Origin: Antedon mediterranea
Lineage: Eukaryota; Animalia; Echinodermata
DNA: 64,000 nucleotides
NCBI RefSeq assembly: GCF_964355755.1
Contig: NC_092671.1
Coordinates: 8,308,001-8,372,000 of the forward strand
Direction: 5' to 3'
Part shown: positions 41,421 through 53,999 of the stretch, in pieces
How positions within the stretch are numbered: the first letter of the stretch is position 1
How the letters are laid out: each line of letters starts with the position of its first letter
Notes under the pieces: generated by a model
Seen by the model: only the letters and a program-made list of their open reading frames with translations
Databases searched by the model: none
Told to the model about the DNA's origin: nothing
Program-made: the position numbers and the translations under genes

Positions 41421-44239
41421 TATAGAGTGTCTCAAAGAGTGGCAACGGATGACCACTGTCTCTAAGGTGGCCCGCCATACTAATACTCAAAGCATACCGT
41501 ATACCTAACATATACAATTTAACGAACATGGATTATTTCCTAGCCTATACCTAGAGTTATGCGGAATATGATCGTTTACAGTAATTATCTTAAAGAATAA
41601 AATAAGACAATTAAAATAATAAGACAATTAAAACAGTATATTTAAGGTGATGTCATAAATGTATAGGGCCTACCAATACTCCAAAAATAAAAAATAAATT
41701 AAATCAATATAAATGAAAACGGAATATCAGCATTAATATGATTTATCCATTAATATAGAACAAATTATATCATTTACAGGCTTATAACTGTTTTTATCTC
41801 TAAAATGTCATATGCCTTTAATAAATAATCCATGTTCGCTTGAATTGCAATAATGTAGGCCTAGGCCATATACAAGAACAAAATAATCGATTTGTTTTTG
41901 TGAAAAACTCCCGATTTAAACACAACACTTTCAGTTCAGCTTTTTTCAAGTAGTAAACTGTAATTTCGTTAAGACATGACACGAAACCTTCACAAAATAT
42001 TTACCACATCCCTTGTGTTCTTTGTCTTAACAGCGATGAGTTTATGACTGTATTTGTTGTCTTATTCATTCAAAATATGCCGAGAATTGTGCGGAATATA
42101 GTCGTTTACACTTTGCACTTGTCGAAATAAGTTAAGGCAAAACATAGGTGACAGCGTCCACCTGTGAATTGCGGTGCGTTAAAACGGTATAAAGGAAACG
42201 AACAGAAATTATCAAATTTAACTGAGATGGTCATCGTGTTGACAAGAGATGGCGCTCTTCATATATTTTACAACATCATGCATGCAATATTTCCATTTCC
42301 ATATTACACTATTAAATTGTAATACTGATCCAATCTATAACAATGCTACTATATTAACTTTACATTTAAATTATTTTGTCCACGTCTCTCATTCGATTAG
42401 CAACAGTATTTTGGTTGATTTCTTATCTTAATCGTAAAAGATACTAAAAAAAAAATTAACATATTGTTAGATTTCCGAAAGGCCTATGAAAATTAGATAA
42501 AATTACTGTTTCCTTTCAAATTAAATTGTTGATACTATTAATACAGTTTGTGCCTACATGATTATCTCGGGACCGTTCTATGGTTACCACCAGGTAGGCT
42601 TACTTCATCAAAGCTTCCATGAATGGATGTAGGCCTACGGGTTGGGAGCAGAAAAACTAGTAGACCATACCCAGTACCGTTTTGATTACGATCAATCGGG
42701 AAATTACCTCACGAGAAATAGGTTACTTACTTGGTTTATCTGCAATGATTGCCTACTGTTTCAACTTTTTTTATTTTTTCATTCATTCAAATAATTAGGT
42801 TTTTTTAACTTATGTACAGTACTTGTTTTAAATACATAGCGCCCTCTACACAAGTACGTAACCTTTATAGAGGATAGGACACAAATATGATTACCTCACT
42901 TCACAATATCTCAATACTTGCATCCAACAAAATCATTTTCTTTTAATATTGTATCGCAGCTTCCGTGGAAAAATATGATTAAATAAAAGTGTGTCATTTC
43001 CATTACGTGGCTTTGATATCAAACTGGTGAGCCACATTATGTAATCATTATGAACATAAAATAACAACATTGAACCATAATGTCCTTTTCATTCATGCCA
43101 CAAAAAAGATAACACAATTGTTACATCATCATGCAGTGTAGTCATACATTGTCTGGTGTTTGTATAGGATGTTAAAGAACATACCTATTTCACATACCAC
43201 ACAAATGATAACACGTTATACCTATACATGCAATGTGATCATACATTGTCTGATGTATAGAACTATGCTGTGAAAATGTATAAGTATGTCGATAATCAAT
43301 CCGATATGAGAGAACAGGATCCAAATTATATATTCTTCGAGACTACTGAGAGAAATAGTCGCATTGTACTCGAAACTGGAACATTTAATTTAACTGGAAT
43401 TTAACATGGAAACTTTCAGATCCAGGATGAGGCATATAGTGATGTCTCGTCTGTCTAGACTTAAAAGCTCTATAATTCAAAACTTCATGTACAAGTATCT
43501 AAAATATAAAAAAAAACACAAAATTGTATTTGTAGATTGGCCCATACTGACCTGATTTTGAAATGTTTGACAATCTGGGATATTGTATTTACTATACCAC
43601 AACCGCGACGAGGATAACGGTATATTCTATATGATAAGATTACTTATAGCCGGTTAATCCCAACTCGTTTTATCACCTCCGCTATAATAATCCAAAATCA
43701 AGGTAAATCCATTCAATTTACAATCCTAACAAGAATCTGGAGTAAGAACGAAGTTTAACGACTTTCACAAATTAATGACTTTCTCGACGTTTTTATTTTT
43801 CATTCATTTTCATGTTTATCATAGTCCTATAGGCCTATTAATGTTACGATGAACAACATGGTACGTCATGTGTTATTCGCTGTAAGTCAGTTCAATTCAA
43901 GTTCCACAATTAAAATTCATCTTGTTTGACTTAAGTTAATAATTCTAATGTTTTTGGGGTTTTTATTTTTTTATGTGGATATATTTATAGGAGGGACATC
44001 ATTTGTGTCCCTCGGTGATTTACGGTATTGTTTTCATCGTGCCAAAGTTTCGGCTCTGCTCTTCAGTGATTTACGTGCGCGCCCTTTTCCATGTATAGGC
44101 CTAGCCTATCTGTCTTTTTCTTGTTTTGTTTTGTATTGATGGTACTTTACGGTAGGCCTACTCGCCACTATTTGTTTGACTTTTTTAATCATTGTACATT
44201 TTCCCACCCTTAATCCCCTTCCCACCTTCAAACGACCTT

Positions 44240-44724
44240 GAAAACGGAAGTCGCTTGTCTAAATGATAATTCACTGAACCGTACAGTATAATGTTTGCCA
44301 TTTATATTGATATTTCAGTTCATAGTTCACGCAAATATTAATAAGCCAAATATAACACTACTATAAATTCATATCGAATCCGATTGGCTACTGATGACGT
44401 TAGGCACTAATACGCCAGTACTGCCGCTCTGCTTCAGTGCGTTGACGATGTTATGAGGCGTTTATATTATACAGAGCTGCATTTTTGGACTGAAATGTAA
44501 TTCATTGGGGTTAGAAAGCGTAACTGAGACTCTGACGTAATAATTGTCAGTTTTTAATTCATTAAATCGTCTGCAACCGAAGTCTTGTTTTCATTTTGAA
44601 CAAAATAAACAGTGAAGCTACTTGAGAGGGTATTTTACACGGGGTTTTGAATTAACGACAGTCGGCCTAAAAGGTGGTGTCACCATAATAGTAGATAGAT
44701 ATCGCATTTGAGTATCATACAGAA
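44240..44724 (+). promoter_or_regulatory. Putative promoter/5' UTR of the Nrf2-type first exon
   Basis: CGGAAGT (ETS) at about 44245, GATTGG (CCAAT reverse) plus TGATGACGT at about 44382-44400, TGACGTAA at about 44533. Confidence 0.4.
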
Positions 44725-44787
44725 ATGATCGAAATAGAGACAGAGTTCCCAATGGAAACAGGCTCTCCAAAAAGTGTCTCAATGGAG
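44725..44787 (+). CDS. NFE2L2: CNC-bZIP (Nrf) alternative first coding exon, Nrf2-type short N-terminus (MIEIETEFPMETGSPKSVSME)
   Basis: GAAATG start, 21 codons, GAG|GTAGGT phase-0 donor in frame with the exon at 51645 (DMDMIERLWRQD). Same architecture as vertebrate NFE2L2 exon 1 (MMDLELPPPGLPSQQ|DMDLIDILWRQD). A promoter-like motif cluster lies upstream. Confidence 0.65.
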
Positions 44788-46242
44788 GTAGGTTTTATTA
44801 GAAAATTACTTATGTATGTTTTTCGCAAATAATATTGGTAAAGGTTAAAATAACAAGCCCACCTGGCGGAGTATATTTTGTCTACCAGAACTTACGCCTC
44901 ACCGACTAGACTGTGCTTATGTAGGCTACGATACCGGTAGGTACTTAACTGCTGTAAAAATTATCCTCTATTTTTATGTGAACGTAAAATGTTACATTGA
45001 CAAATTGTCACATGGGGTCAATCTGTGATGATGTGACATTTGGTTCGTACTATCTTAAAGTATGCGCCCTGTTTATCCATCAGGAAGTTTTAAAAACAGG
45101 GAATACTACACTGTGAAAAATTGTCAGCTCAACATCACTTTGTGATGATGAGATGTCTGATATTAAGAATGCTAATATTAATAAATATATTAATGGCCTA
45201 GATATTTTTTAATGTGTATGCAAAATTGGTAACCTAGATTGTTATCAACATTATTCTTGTTGACAAAGTGAAAGTATATAGCCCTATACTGTTAGTAACG
45301 AGACAACATCACATGTTGCTCACTTCCTACCTTCGGTCACTAGTCACACAAATGGACTTATTTGGTACTTTACACAGACTATTGAACTTTATAATTACAC
45401 CCTATTGTTTATTATTATTGACTAATAGCATTCAGGAATATCCATTACTATATTATATTAAAGGTAGGCCTACATCTTCCTGAAATCAACATTACCAATT
45501 GGCACAAATGTTTAAAATACAAATCTGGGCATTTTTGTGACGAGTTAATTTGAGTTCTTACAAATACAACCAAATTATTAAATGTTCACTGTTATTTTAA
45601 ATAAAACATAATTTTAATTGCCAACTTAATCAATGTTTATTTTATTGTAGTGTATACTTAAACTTGTAACCTATTAAAAGTTCATTAATATTCATAAGAT
45701 AAGGTTGGTTCTACGGTTAGTTAAACTTTAATGCAGCGTTATTTATTCAATACCGGAAAGTCTATTTTATCGTAGCACTTGGTTCTGAATGGACTGTAAA
45801 CATATCTGACAGGTTCTGTATTTATATAAACATCACAAGACTGATTATACTGTAAATCATGCCATTTGATCATCTTGTGTCTTTAGTTGCTATGGTTACC
45901 ATAGAAATTAAGTATGTAGAACATTCTAGGACAGTTAGTACATCCAGGAACAGTCAATAGATGGATGTTCTATACCACTTGCCCAACTTACAAAGTGAAA
46001 AACTCTACATCAGGGACAGATCCATGCATTTTCAATTAACAGTTGCCAAACTTTACAAAGTGAAAACACAAAACAGTGTTTTCCTTGTTTTGTATCATTA
46101 GAAATACTTAAACTTGTCATATCCACTTCTGCATAGAGTTATAAATATCTCATATTAAAAATAGTGAACATTTTTTGTTTTGACAGGAAAAATAAACTCA
46201 AAGAAACTTTAAGTATAGCGTCAGGCTAATTATATGCATTTG

Positions 46243-46515
46243 CAGGGCTCGAAATTCACCCTACTAAACTAGCAATTTGCTAAGTAGATTTTTCATAATT
46301 GCTAGTTGAAAATTAACTAGCTAATGTTTACTGAGGTTGTACATTTTTAATTACTTTTTAGTGTAGCAAAATGTGCGGTTCTCTTGACTTGTAAATTAAA
46401 CTTTTTGTAGAATTAATTAATTTGCCAAAATGTGCTTGTTGATTATTTGTTCATTTTGCTAGTTAGATTTCTTACACTAGCAAAGGGTGAATATTATCGT
46501 AAACTTTGAGTCCCC
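46243..46515. mobile_element. Possible degenerate hAT-like MITE
   Basis: Left end CAGGGCTCGAAATT; imperfect inverted right end AACTTTGAGTCCC; no clear TSD. Confidence 0.3.
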
Positions 46516-47889
46516 AATTGAATCACTTTTTTAGAAAAATATATTGAAAAATGAACAAATACAAACTATATGTTTATTTGCAACAACAAAAAAATGCATT
46601 AAAATACAAATCTATAGAAAATGCCCCACTAGTGTTCTGTGTATCTCCTTATATCAATGGCTACTTAAAGATAATCACAGTATTAAACTTAATTAAAGTG
46701 TACTTATTGCACCAAGTAATATTACCATATGTTTTCAAATAAAGAGATAATTTTTATTATCAGTAGATATATTATCCTTAAATACATTTATATTGTAAAT
46801 AGTTAAATTTAACTGACAAACAAAACAATGGGTTGTATTAGTCCTAGGCCTAAAAATAATGCAATTTGTGAACAGGTGATCTTGGAATGTGTAGTAAGGG
46901 GTAACATAGGATGGCAAGAGCAAACATTGTTATCAGAGACCTACTGTATGAGCAGTAATGATAAAATCTGTATTATCTTCCAGTTAATTGAACCATATTA
47001 GCTTGGGTGTGTTCATGTGAACGTGTTGCAATTGTTGTAATCTAATATCTAGGTACGAGTTCAACCCTTTGAATATAAACGCTATTTTATCGCCTATACA
47101 ATTGTTATTTAAACTAAGGTAAAGGTTAAACTTCCAAAGAGGGATGGGGTTTAGAATGATTTCAGATAAATTCTTTATTACACAATTAGTCAGCTACTGA
47201 TGTATTCAATTCAATTCAACTTGAAGTGAATGAAGGTACATTGGATACATTCTTACTAACTTGTTTTTCAGGTTAAACACATTTTTTGTTTCATTATTAC
47301 TACAAAATTATTGTTTTATTATTTATGAAATAGCATATGTACCATTCAATTATAAATATAACTATTTAAATTTATGACTAGAAATAATCTGTTTACAGTA
47401 TTATTATATTGGGTATTGAATATAAAAGTGAGAAAAATTAATATATCAATATAAAAATAATGTTTAATATTTGTTCATAACCAACCTGAAATATAAGTAC
47501 TGTACGTATATCCTAATTTTAATTAGCTTTAATTATGGTAAATCAAATAACTTTTTTTAATATGTGCTGTATTACTATTTTTAATTAATATTAAAAATAA
47601 GGCCACCACTATACAATATTATTATAATAATAAAATGTATCATCAATATAATATGCAAAAACTTATGAACTATTCCAGCAGTACTTTGTATGACCAAAAT
47701 TAATTTACTTTGGGTGTTGAATTTCTTAGGTCAGGTAAAAATAATGATATCCGAAAATAATTAATTCATTCAAAATTGACATTCCTTAGTTGTATTATTA
47801 GATGGAGTCAATTGTTGTAGTTGTAGTCTTAATATTATTTTTGCTATATTCGGTACAATATATAGATTACAATAGCTTGTGTACCTTTA

Positions 47890-48060
47890 ATTTGCATTGA
47901 CGTCACAATCTCTTAGACTTCCTCGTGACGACATTTCTATAGCAAAGGGCGCACGCTCAATAAATGACATCATTTACTATTTTAGAGACATATCCCATCT
48001 TTCCCCAATTTGCTGATTCAATGAAAAGCGCCACCTCTCGGTCGTCGTCTAGAAGATTCT
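47890..48060 (+). promoter_or_regulatory. Putative promoter of the Nrf1-type transcript
   Basis: Perfect CRE TGACGTCA at 47898-47905, ARE/MARE-like AATTTGCTGATTCA at about 48007-48020, CTCF-like GCGCCACCTCTCGG at 48028-48041. Sharp rise in CpG after an AT-rich stretch. Confidence 0.4.
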
Positions 48061-48789
48061 TTTTTGTCAGAAAAAGTGTTTGTTTTTCGCGTTATTAATC
48101 ACGAAATTTACGATCATCTGACTAAATAATTACTAGGCCTAGTGCTAGTTATAGGTTTTTGAATTGGAAATACATATCTTCATCCGTGTTTTAATTTTAC
48201 AACAGTTTACACTCGAAAGTTACCGGCTTAATTGCCAGCAAAAATAAATTTGAGGCGACCTTTTCTTTGTTTTGGCTGTAGACTGACTGTGTGGTCACGA
48301 CGCAACAAACACATCGGAAGGGTAGCCTAGCCTAGCTGTAGGGCCTTATACTAACTGGGCCTGGAGTCGCCTTATATGGTTACAAGCTGACGTTTTTATT
48401 TCTGAAGAAACAGTGTTTTATAAGCCTGTACCTGAAGTTTTGGTTTTTGTGTGGTAACTTGGCTATCCAGTTAGGCCGCCGCCTAGCTACAAAAACAAGT
48501 GTAGCCTACGTACTGTAGGCCTAGGCCTATGTATTGTATGTACTAAGTGGTTTTAGTAGCGTCTGGACCAGAAAGACTACTTACACCTGCATTAATTTTT
48601 GCTGTTAGGCCCAAAAACAAAGACATTTTTTTTTCAGATGATGTGTAGGAAGAGACTTTTTCGAATACTGTTATACTGATAGCCTATAGGTCTGGGTCCT
48701 AGTTGTTTCCTACCTACATTTGTCTCAAGTTTTGATTGAACTTATTTGCAAGAAGTAACAAAAAAGTTACAGGAGAACAAAACTTCACT

Positions 48790-49278
48790 ATGCAAAACAA
48801 AAAGCAATTCTCGCAGGTGCTTCTTGGCATAGCTCTTGTTCTAAGCCTTCTTAGATCAGACAACAGTGATAGTTTTCGACATAGAAATTCAGGTCACCTA
48901 TTCAGACTTCCTGAACTCCAAGATATTCTGTTAGGACAGACTGCAGTCATGACTCAAACAGAGTTTCATAATTTATTCAACTCAGAAGATGGAGATTATG
49001 TACACCCCAAAGGTCTACAAAGAGATTCGCGATTCTTAAATTCGATTCTTGACTCGCCGACTTTCGATCCTGAAAATTGGATGGACATGTCACCTTATCG
49101 AGAAGTGACAACGTTACTCTTAGATCGTCTTGAACCTAGCAATGGGAGACCAGTGCTATTAAATCATCCTAATAATGGGAATAATCATGGCGAGGATGAG
49201 AATGGCAACCAAGGGAATGAGAATGAAAGTGGTGCCATGTCGGTACCGTCAAGTCCTAGTGATGAACTAACTCAGGAG
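48790..49278 (+). CDS. NFE2L1: CNC-bZIP (Nrf) alternative first coding exon, Nrf1-type ER-targeting N-terminal domain (NHB1/NHB2)
   Basis: MQNKKQFSQVLLGIALVLSLLR..LPELQDILLGQTAVMTQTEFHNLFNSEDGDYVHPK resembles NFE2L1 MLSLKKYLTEGLLQFTILLSLIG..LPPLREIILGPSSAYTQTQFHNLRNTLDGYGIHPK. Ends ELTQE|GTAAAA in phase 0. Confidence 0.9.
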
Positions 49279-49415
49279 GTAAAAAAGGAGTTATGATATT
49301 ATTTTAAAAATGCGGAAATAATATTGAGGAGTGGGTTCATAATTAGCATTTTATTTGTACTCGCACAGTAGATTTATCTTACTGCATTGTACTTGTACTG
49401 TAATCATTTCTTATT

Positions 49416-50287
49416 GGCCCTGTTTCTGCTGCCAATCCCAAATATACCGTATAAATATACCGTATAAATATACCGTATATATACCGTATATGAAATTCGT
49501 GCACCGTTTCCGCTGCACATACTTCGTGGGTGGGATGTAAAAAAAGTTGGCTTTCATATACCCAAAATGCATTTTGTGAGACGGAAGTATGGATTGACCT
49601 AGAGTCTCGTGTAGTGAGGTTACATGACAAAAACAAAACAATGATGGTTTCTCAAAACGTCTTAGCATTGCTTTCTATTTTAAATCTAATGATCAGAAGT
49701 GGCAACGAATTTACATCGCACAAACAATCTAGAAATGTAGAATGGGCATTGACTACATTTATGCAAAGAAGACGACGGCGTTTGCCGATAACTTTGGCGT
49801 TATTAAGTCTACCACAAATTCTGCTTTTATTTTGTTTGAGATACTTTTGTAAATCTCGGTATCTCTTCTGTTGCCATGTAGTCTCCCCCCAACCTTCGCT
49901 TCTCCCCACAATTGAATTGCAAAAATAGTTATTTCTTCAGTTCACAGTGATATTTTGATCTGTTGCTTGCTTATTATACACGTGTGTGTCAATGCAGCAG
50001 AAAAACCAAACAAACGCGTCACGCTCTGTTAGTTTTTGACCTCGTGTCATGGGCCGGGTCACATATACGGTATATTTTGAGTGCAGCAGAAACGGGGTAC
50101 GAAATATACGGTATATTTTGGAATATACCGTATAATATCCACAAACGATGGGGATATTTATGCGGTATATATACCGCATATATATACGGTATATTTTTTA
50201 TGAGACCCATTTCTGCTGCCAAAAAATATACCGTATATAAAATATACCGTATATATACGGTATATATTTGGCAGCAGAAACGGGGCC
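49416..50287. mobile_element. Non-autonomous TIR DNA transposon (PIF/Harbinger/PHIS-like) in the Nrf intron
   Basis: TIR GGCCCTGTTTCTGCTGCCAA / TTGGCAGCAGAAACGGGGCC; ATT on both flanks (3-bp TSD); arrays of ATATACCGT/ACGGTATAT subterminal repeats. Confidence 0.85.
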
Positions 50288-51644
50288 ATTGAGAAGCTCT
50301 CTTTCATTTAATTTATCCTTGAAACACACAAAAATGAACGTCAAAATATTCTAAATTTAAAGTGGCTATATCAAAGTAATATTAAAGTTATTCACTTTAA
50401 GTCGAAAATTTGAGCCAAAAACAACAAGTTTACGTAATTAACAGGTAAATTAGTTTGATTACATTTCATCTGGAAAATCGTCACGAGCGAAAGTAAACAA
50501 AGATTTCAAACCATGAGTACGCATTATGCATATGCTAAATTAGGATTGTTTACAACTCGTCACGGTTAAGAAGGTATTTTCACACAGATCATGAGGAAGT
50601 TTTATGATTATGCATACAGATTAGCCAAACAAGCGCGTTTCATTATGGGGATATGTTTTGATTGAAAACTTTGACTGGAAGTCAAAGTTATTTTTTTAAC
50701 AAAAAAACGTCTGTATTTCAGTTAAATTTGGGTTTTTTTTCGAAAAATTTTTGGTGATAGTTAATAACTATTATGATACTTCAAAATGACCCACCTTTTT
50801 TCAAAATCTTTTATTTTTTATTTTTTTTGGAATTAGTCAAAGGGACAATACATCTTTAACAAACAAACCACAATACCACAATATAAAATATAAACATACT
50901 CTTAGTCTTATTTTCTATATTAATTATGGGTAATAATATAAATAAGTTTTAGTTTCATTTTAGTTTATATAATCATTGGTGTTCTTCATCCATGCACTTT
51001 TATACAACAAATAATTATATAATAATTAGTCAACTAATGAAAATGTTTATAGCAAATAGTTATGTGTGTTTATTGTAAAATTTTCAAAATAAATCAAAAT
51101 AAATCGCTAGATCAAACTTAAATGGAAAAGAAATTCTATTTGTATACAGTAGTTCCCTAAATTATTTGTATACTACTACTACTGTATATAGTATTAAAGG
51201 CGGTAAATTTGTGTTGATTAATGTACTAACAGTATAATTAATAACAATTTCTTACATAAGAATCTAATATTTCTTTATTCAACCTTCATTTCATAATATT
51301 TTATATTTATTTTCTCTGTATACTGTAACCTGCCAGCATATATACCTACTGTAAGTCAGCTGACTTTGGTAATAAACTAAAAGATTTGCTTGCTTTTAGT
51401 CAATTGTAATCTAGCTACTGTATACATATGACTTGTTTTAACTGCGTTATTCCACCTGTGAAAGGAAGTCTTTTATAATACACTATTGTTTGCACTATTT
51501 CTATTGGTGAATTGTTTGGGAGTTGACAGTGTTTGAGAGCTACATGCAGGTATTCTAATTGGTTGGAGATCACCTTGCGGTGACAATATAAGCTAGCTTT
51601 TCCTTTTAAACATTTCAATAGCGTTACTTCCTTTTTCCTTGCAG

Positions 51645-52593
51645 GACATGGACATGATTGAACGACTTTGGAGGCAGGACATTGATATGGGAATCTGTCG
51701 TGATGATTCCTTGTCGACAAAAGAGGGATATGAGATCGAAAAGCCTTTAAAGAAACCCGAGGAGAATATATGGGATAACTTCAGCATTGACAATGAAACT
51801 GGAGAGTTTATGCAACCAGTTATAGACCCTGCCAGCCAAGTAAACACTCAACAAACAACAATACCACAGCAACCGCAGGTAACATTTCCAGGTCAAACGC
51901 ATGAAAATGGGATGACATTGGAGGAGTGTTTGCAGATATTAGAAGAAGACTTGACTAACCCGCTACAGACAGCAAGGCAAGAAACAGCGCCAGCTATGCA
52001 ACGCCAAATTAACAGTCCACAAGAGATGGAACAACGGTGGCAGGACTTTGCTTCATTGTCGGATATTAATTTAAATCTACCTGCTATTAATCCAGAAGTC
52101 TCCCCAGAATACCATCAGCAGGCAGTAATGCCAGAGAACTTTACCACAATGGGCTCGCCAATGAATTTTGGCATGGCCCTTCCGAACACTACAGAAAACT
52201 TGAACATGCTACACTACCCAAGTGCTCATACAACAAACTTACCCGCAAATATGCATTCAACGGAAGATATTTTCACGTCAACACCTTCGCTGTCCGATCT
52301 ATCCGTAAACACAACGTCATTGCCATCCGCATCCTTGCATATACCCGAAATGAACTTTACAAATTTGCTGATGTCCGACACCACGAATCGAAGTATTACT
52401 GAAAGTTACAACAGCCAACAAAATGACACGTCAACCTCATCGTTATCGCCACGAAACAGTACAAGCCCTTTACTGCTCGACTTGTTGAATTCATCAAGTC
52501 TGGACGAGGTGAACACTATGGACATAGACGGTCAGATCCGTGATGTTATGGATGTTCTAGATGACCGGGACTCTGCAATATCACTCGGTTCAG
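51645..52593 (+). CDS. NFE2L1: CNC-bZIP (Nrf1/Nrf2-like) shared exon: Neh2-like (DIDMG, ETGE), Neh4/5-like, NST region, DSAIS degron
   Basis: Polypyrimidine TTGCAG acceptor. Encodes DMDMIERLWRQDIDMG, DNETGEF, LEECLQIL, EMEQRWQD and DSAISLGS. G|GTAAGA phase-1 donor. Confidence 0.95.
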
Positions 52594-53289
52594 GTAAGAA
52601 CAATTGATTTAAAATTAATTCCTCGTCATAATTTCTTTATGGTAGACCTTAAATTCATTGAATTTGAAAAAGCATTACCCATTTAAACATACTGTAACTG
52701 ACCAGAATATCAAAATCCACAATAATTTATATATTATTATTATAATAATTTAAACACAAACAAATTTAGTTTAAAATATGCTATCTCTGCTGTACTGTAT
52801 AATCATTTAATTAAAGACATTTAAATCTGCTTTAAATCCAAGTTGATCCATTACAGAAAGAAATGTCTGAGAGAATAGTACGTTTGGCCTTTAATTGGCA
52901 ATATTCTAGCACTTCTATCTAGGTCCTTCCTCACTTTAACAACAATCATCATTGTTTAATTCAAGGCTGATGATGAGTACATTGTTTGTTTACTCTGAAT
53001 TCACAGAATTGTAAACCGGCCAAAAAATACAAACAACTTTTTATTTAAAAATTTACCAAAAATATTATTGTTGATCAGTCAATTTTTAAATAGTAATGTA
53101 TTTGTTTTTGTCACTGTATCATTTCCAGCTTATTCAATTATGTTTTTATAGCTAAACAGTCAATATTCATTGCCAACTCATGTATTGTAATAAAATACTT
53201 TAAACCATAAGTCTCTACCATCACCATATGGTTAAAACATAACCCTATATAATAAAGGTTAATGGTTGGTTTTATTTTTATCACTGCAG

Positions 53290-53424
53290 TTTCACAATAT
53301 ACAGAACAAAGTGACAGCTCATCTTTATACAGTGGGAGTGAGGATGGTAGCTCGGAAGGAGCAGTTGGAGGCTACGATGGCAGTCTTGACCAGGACGTTA
53401 AGGGAGCCTCTGGCTACAGTCGAG
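53290..53424 (+). CDS. NFE2L1: CNC-bZIP shared exon: serine-rich Neh6-like segment (SSEGAVGGY)
   Basis: CTGCAG acceptor, phase 1 to phase 1, 135 nt, G|GTAAAT donor. EGAVG motif as in NFE2L1 EEGAVGY. Confidence 0.88.
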
Positions 53425-53999
53425 GTAAATATTTTATATTATGTCAAATTTAATATGATGCTCATAAAATTCTAGGCTTTGTAAAAGGTCATGGTACTGG
53501 AATACAGCCAGGATTGAACCCACAATTCTGAGAAACTATTGTGCCAACTATAAACTTTATATAAATGTTTGTCAATATGAATTTTGTGCAATATGGCTAA
53601 AAAATATGAATGAGACAGTAACAACTCTAAATCGTATTATTGAAAAAAAGGGAGATTAAGTATTTTCCTTGGGAAGATTTACTTGTTCAGTGTATAAGTG
53701 TACTTGAAAGTTTCATATGCATGAATATTGTTCATTGAGAATAGAAGCTTATACTTTGTATCATGCATTTCCATTGTACTTGCCTGTACGATACAATGTC
53801 CAAAGTCCAAAGGTCTTAACCTTGTCAGGAACTGAAACACTTTATCCCGCTAATGAACTCGCAAAATTTTAAAAAAAGAAATAACTTTAAATCTGATGTC
53901 ATAATGTAATTTTTGTTTAGATATATAAAGCATAGTCATTTGTAGGTGGGAAAGGAAATGATTTTATAGTTTAAACATTATATTATATTTATCTTATAG

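Noticed and set aside
48736-48789. ORF-track start (TTG) for the Nrf1-type exon
   Set aside because: Non-ATG start; homology to NFE2L1 begins at ATG 48790.
49355-50292. Cluster of overlapping ORFs of 60-130 aa
   Set aside because: All lie within the TIR element; no transposase or other domain is recognisable.
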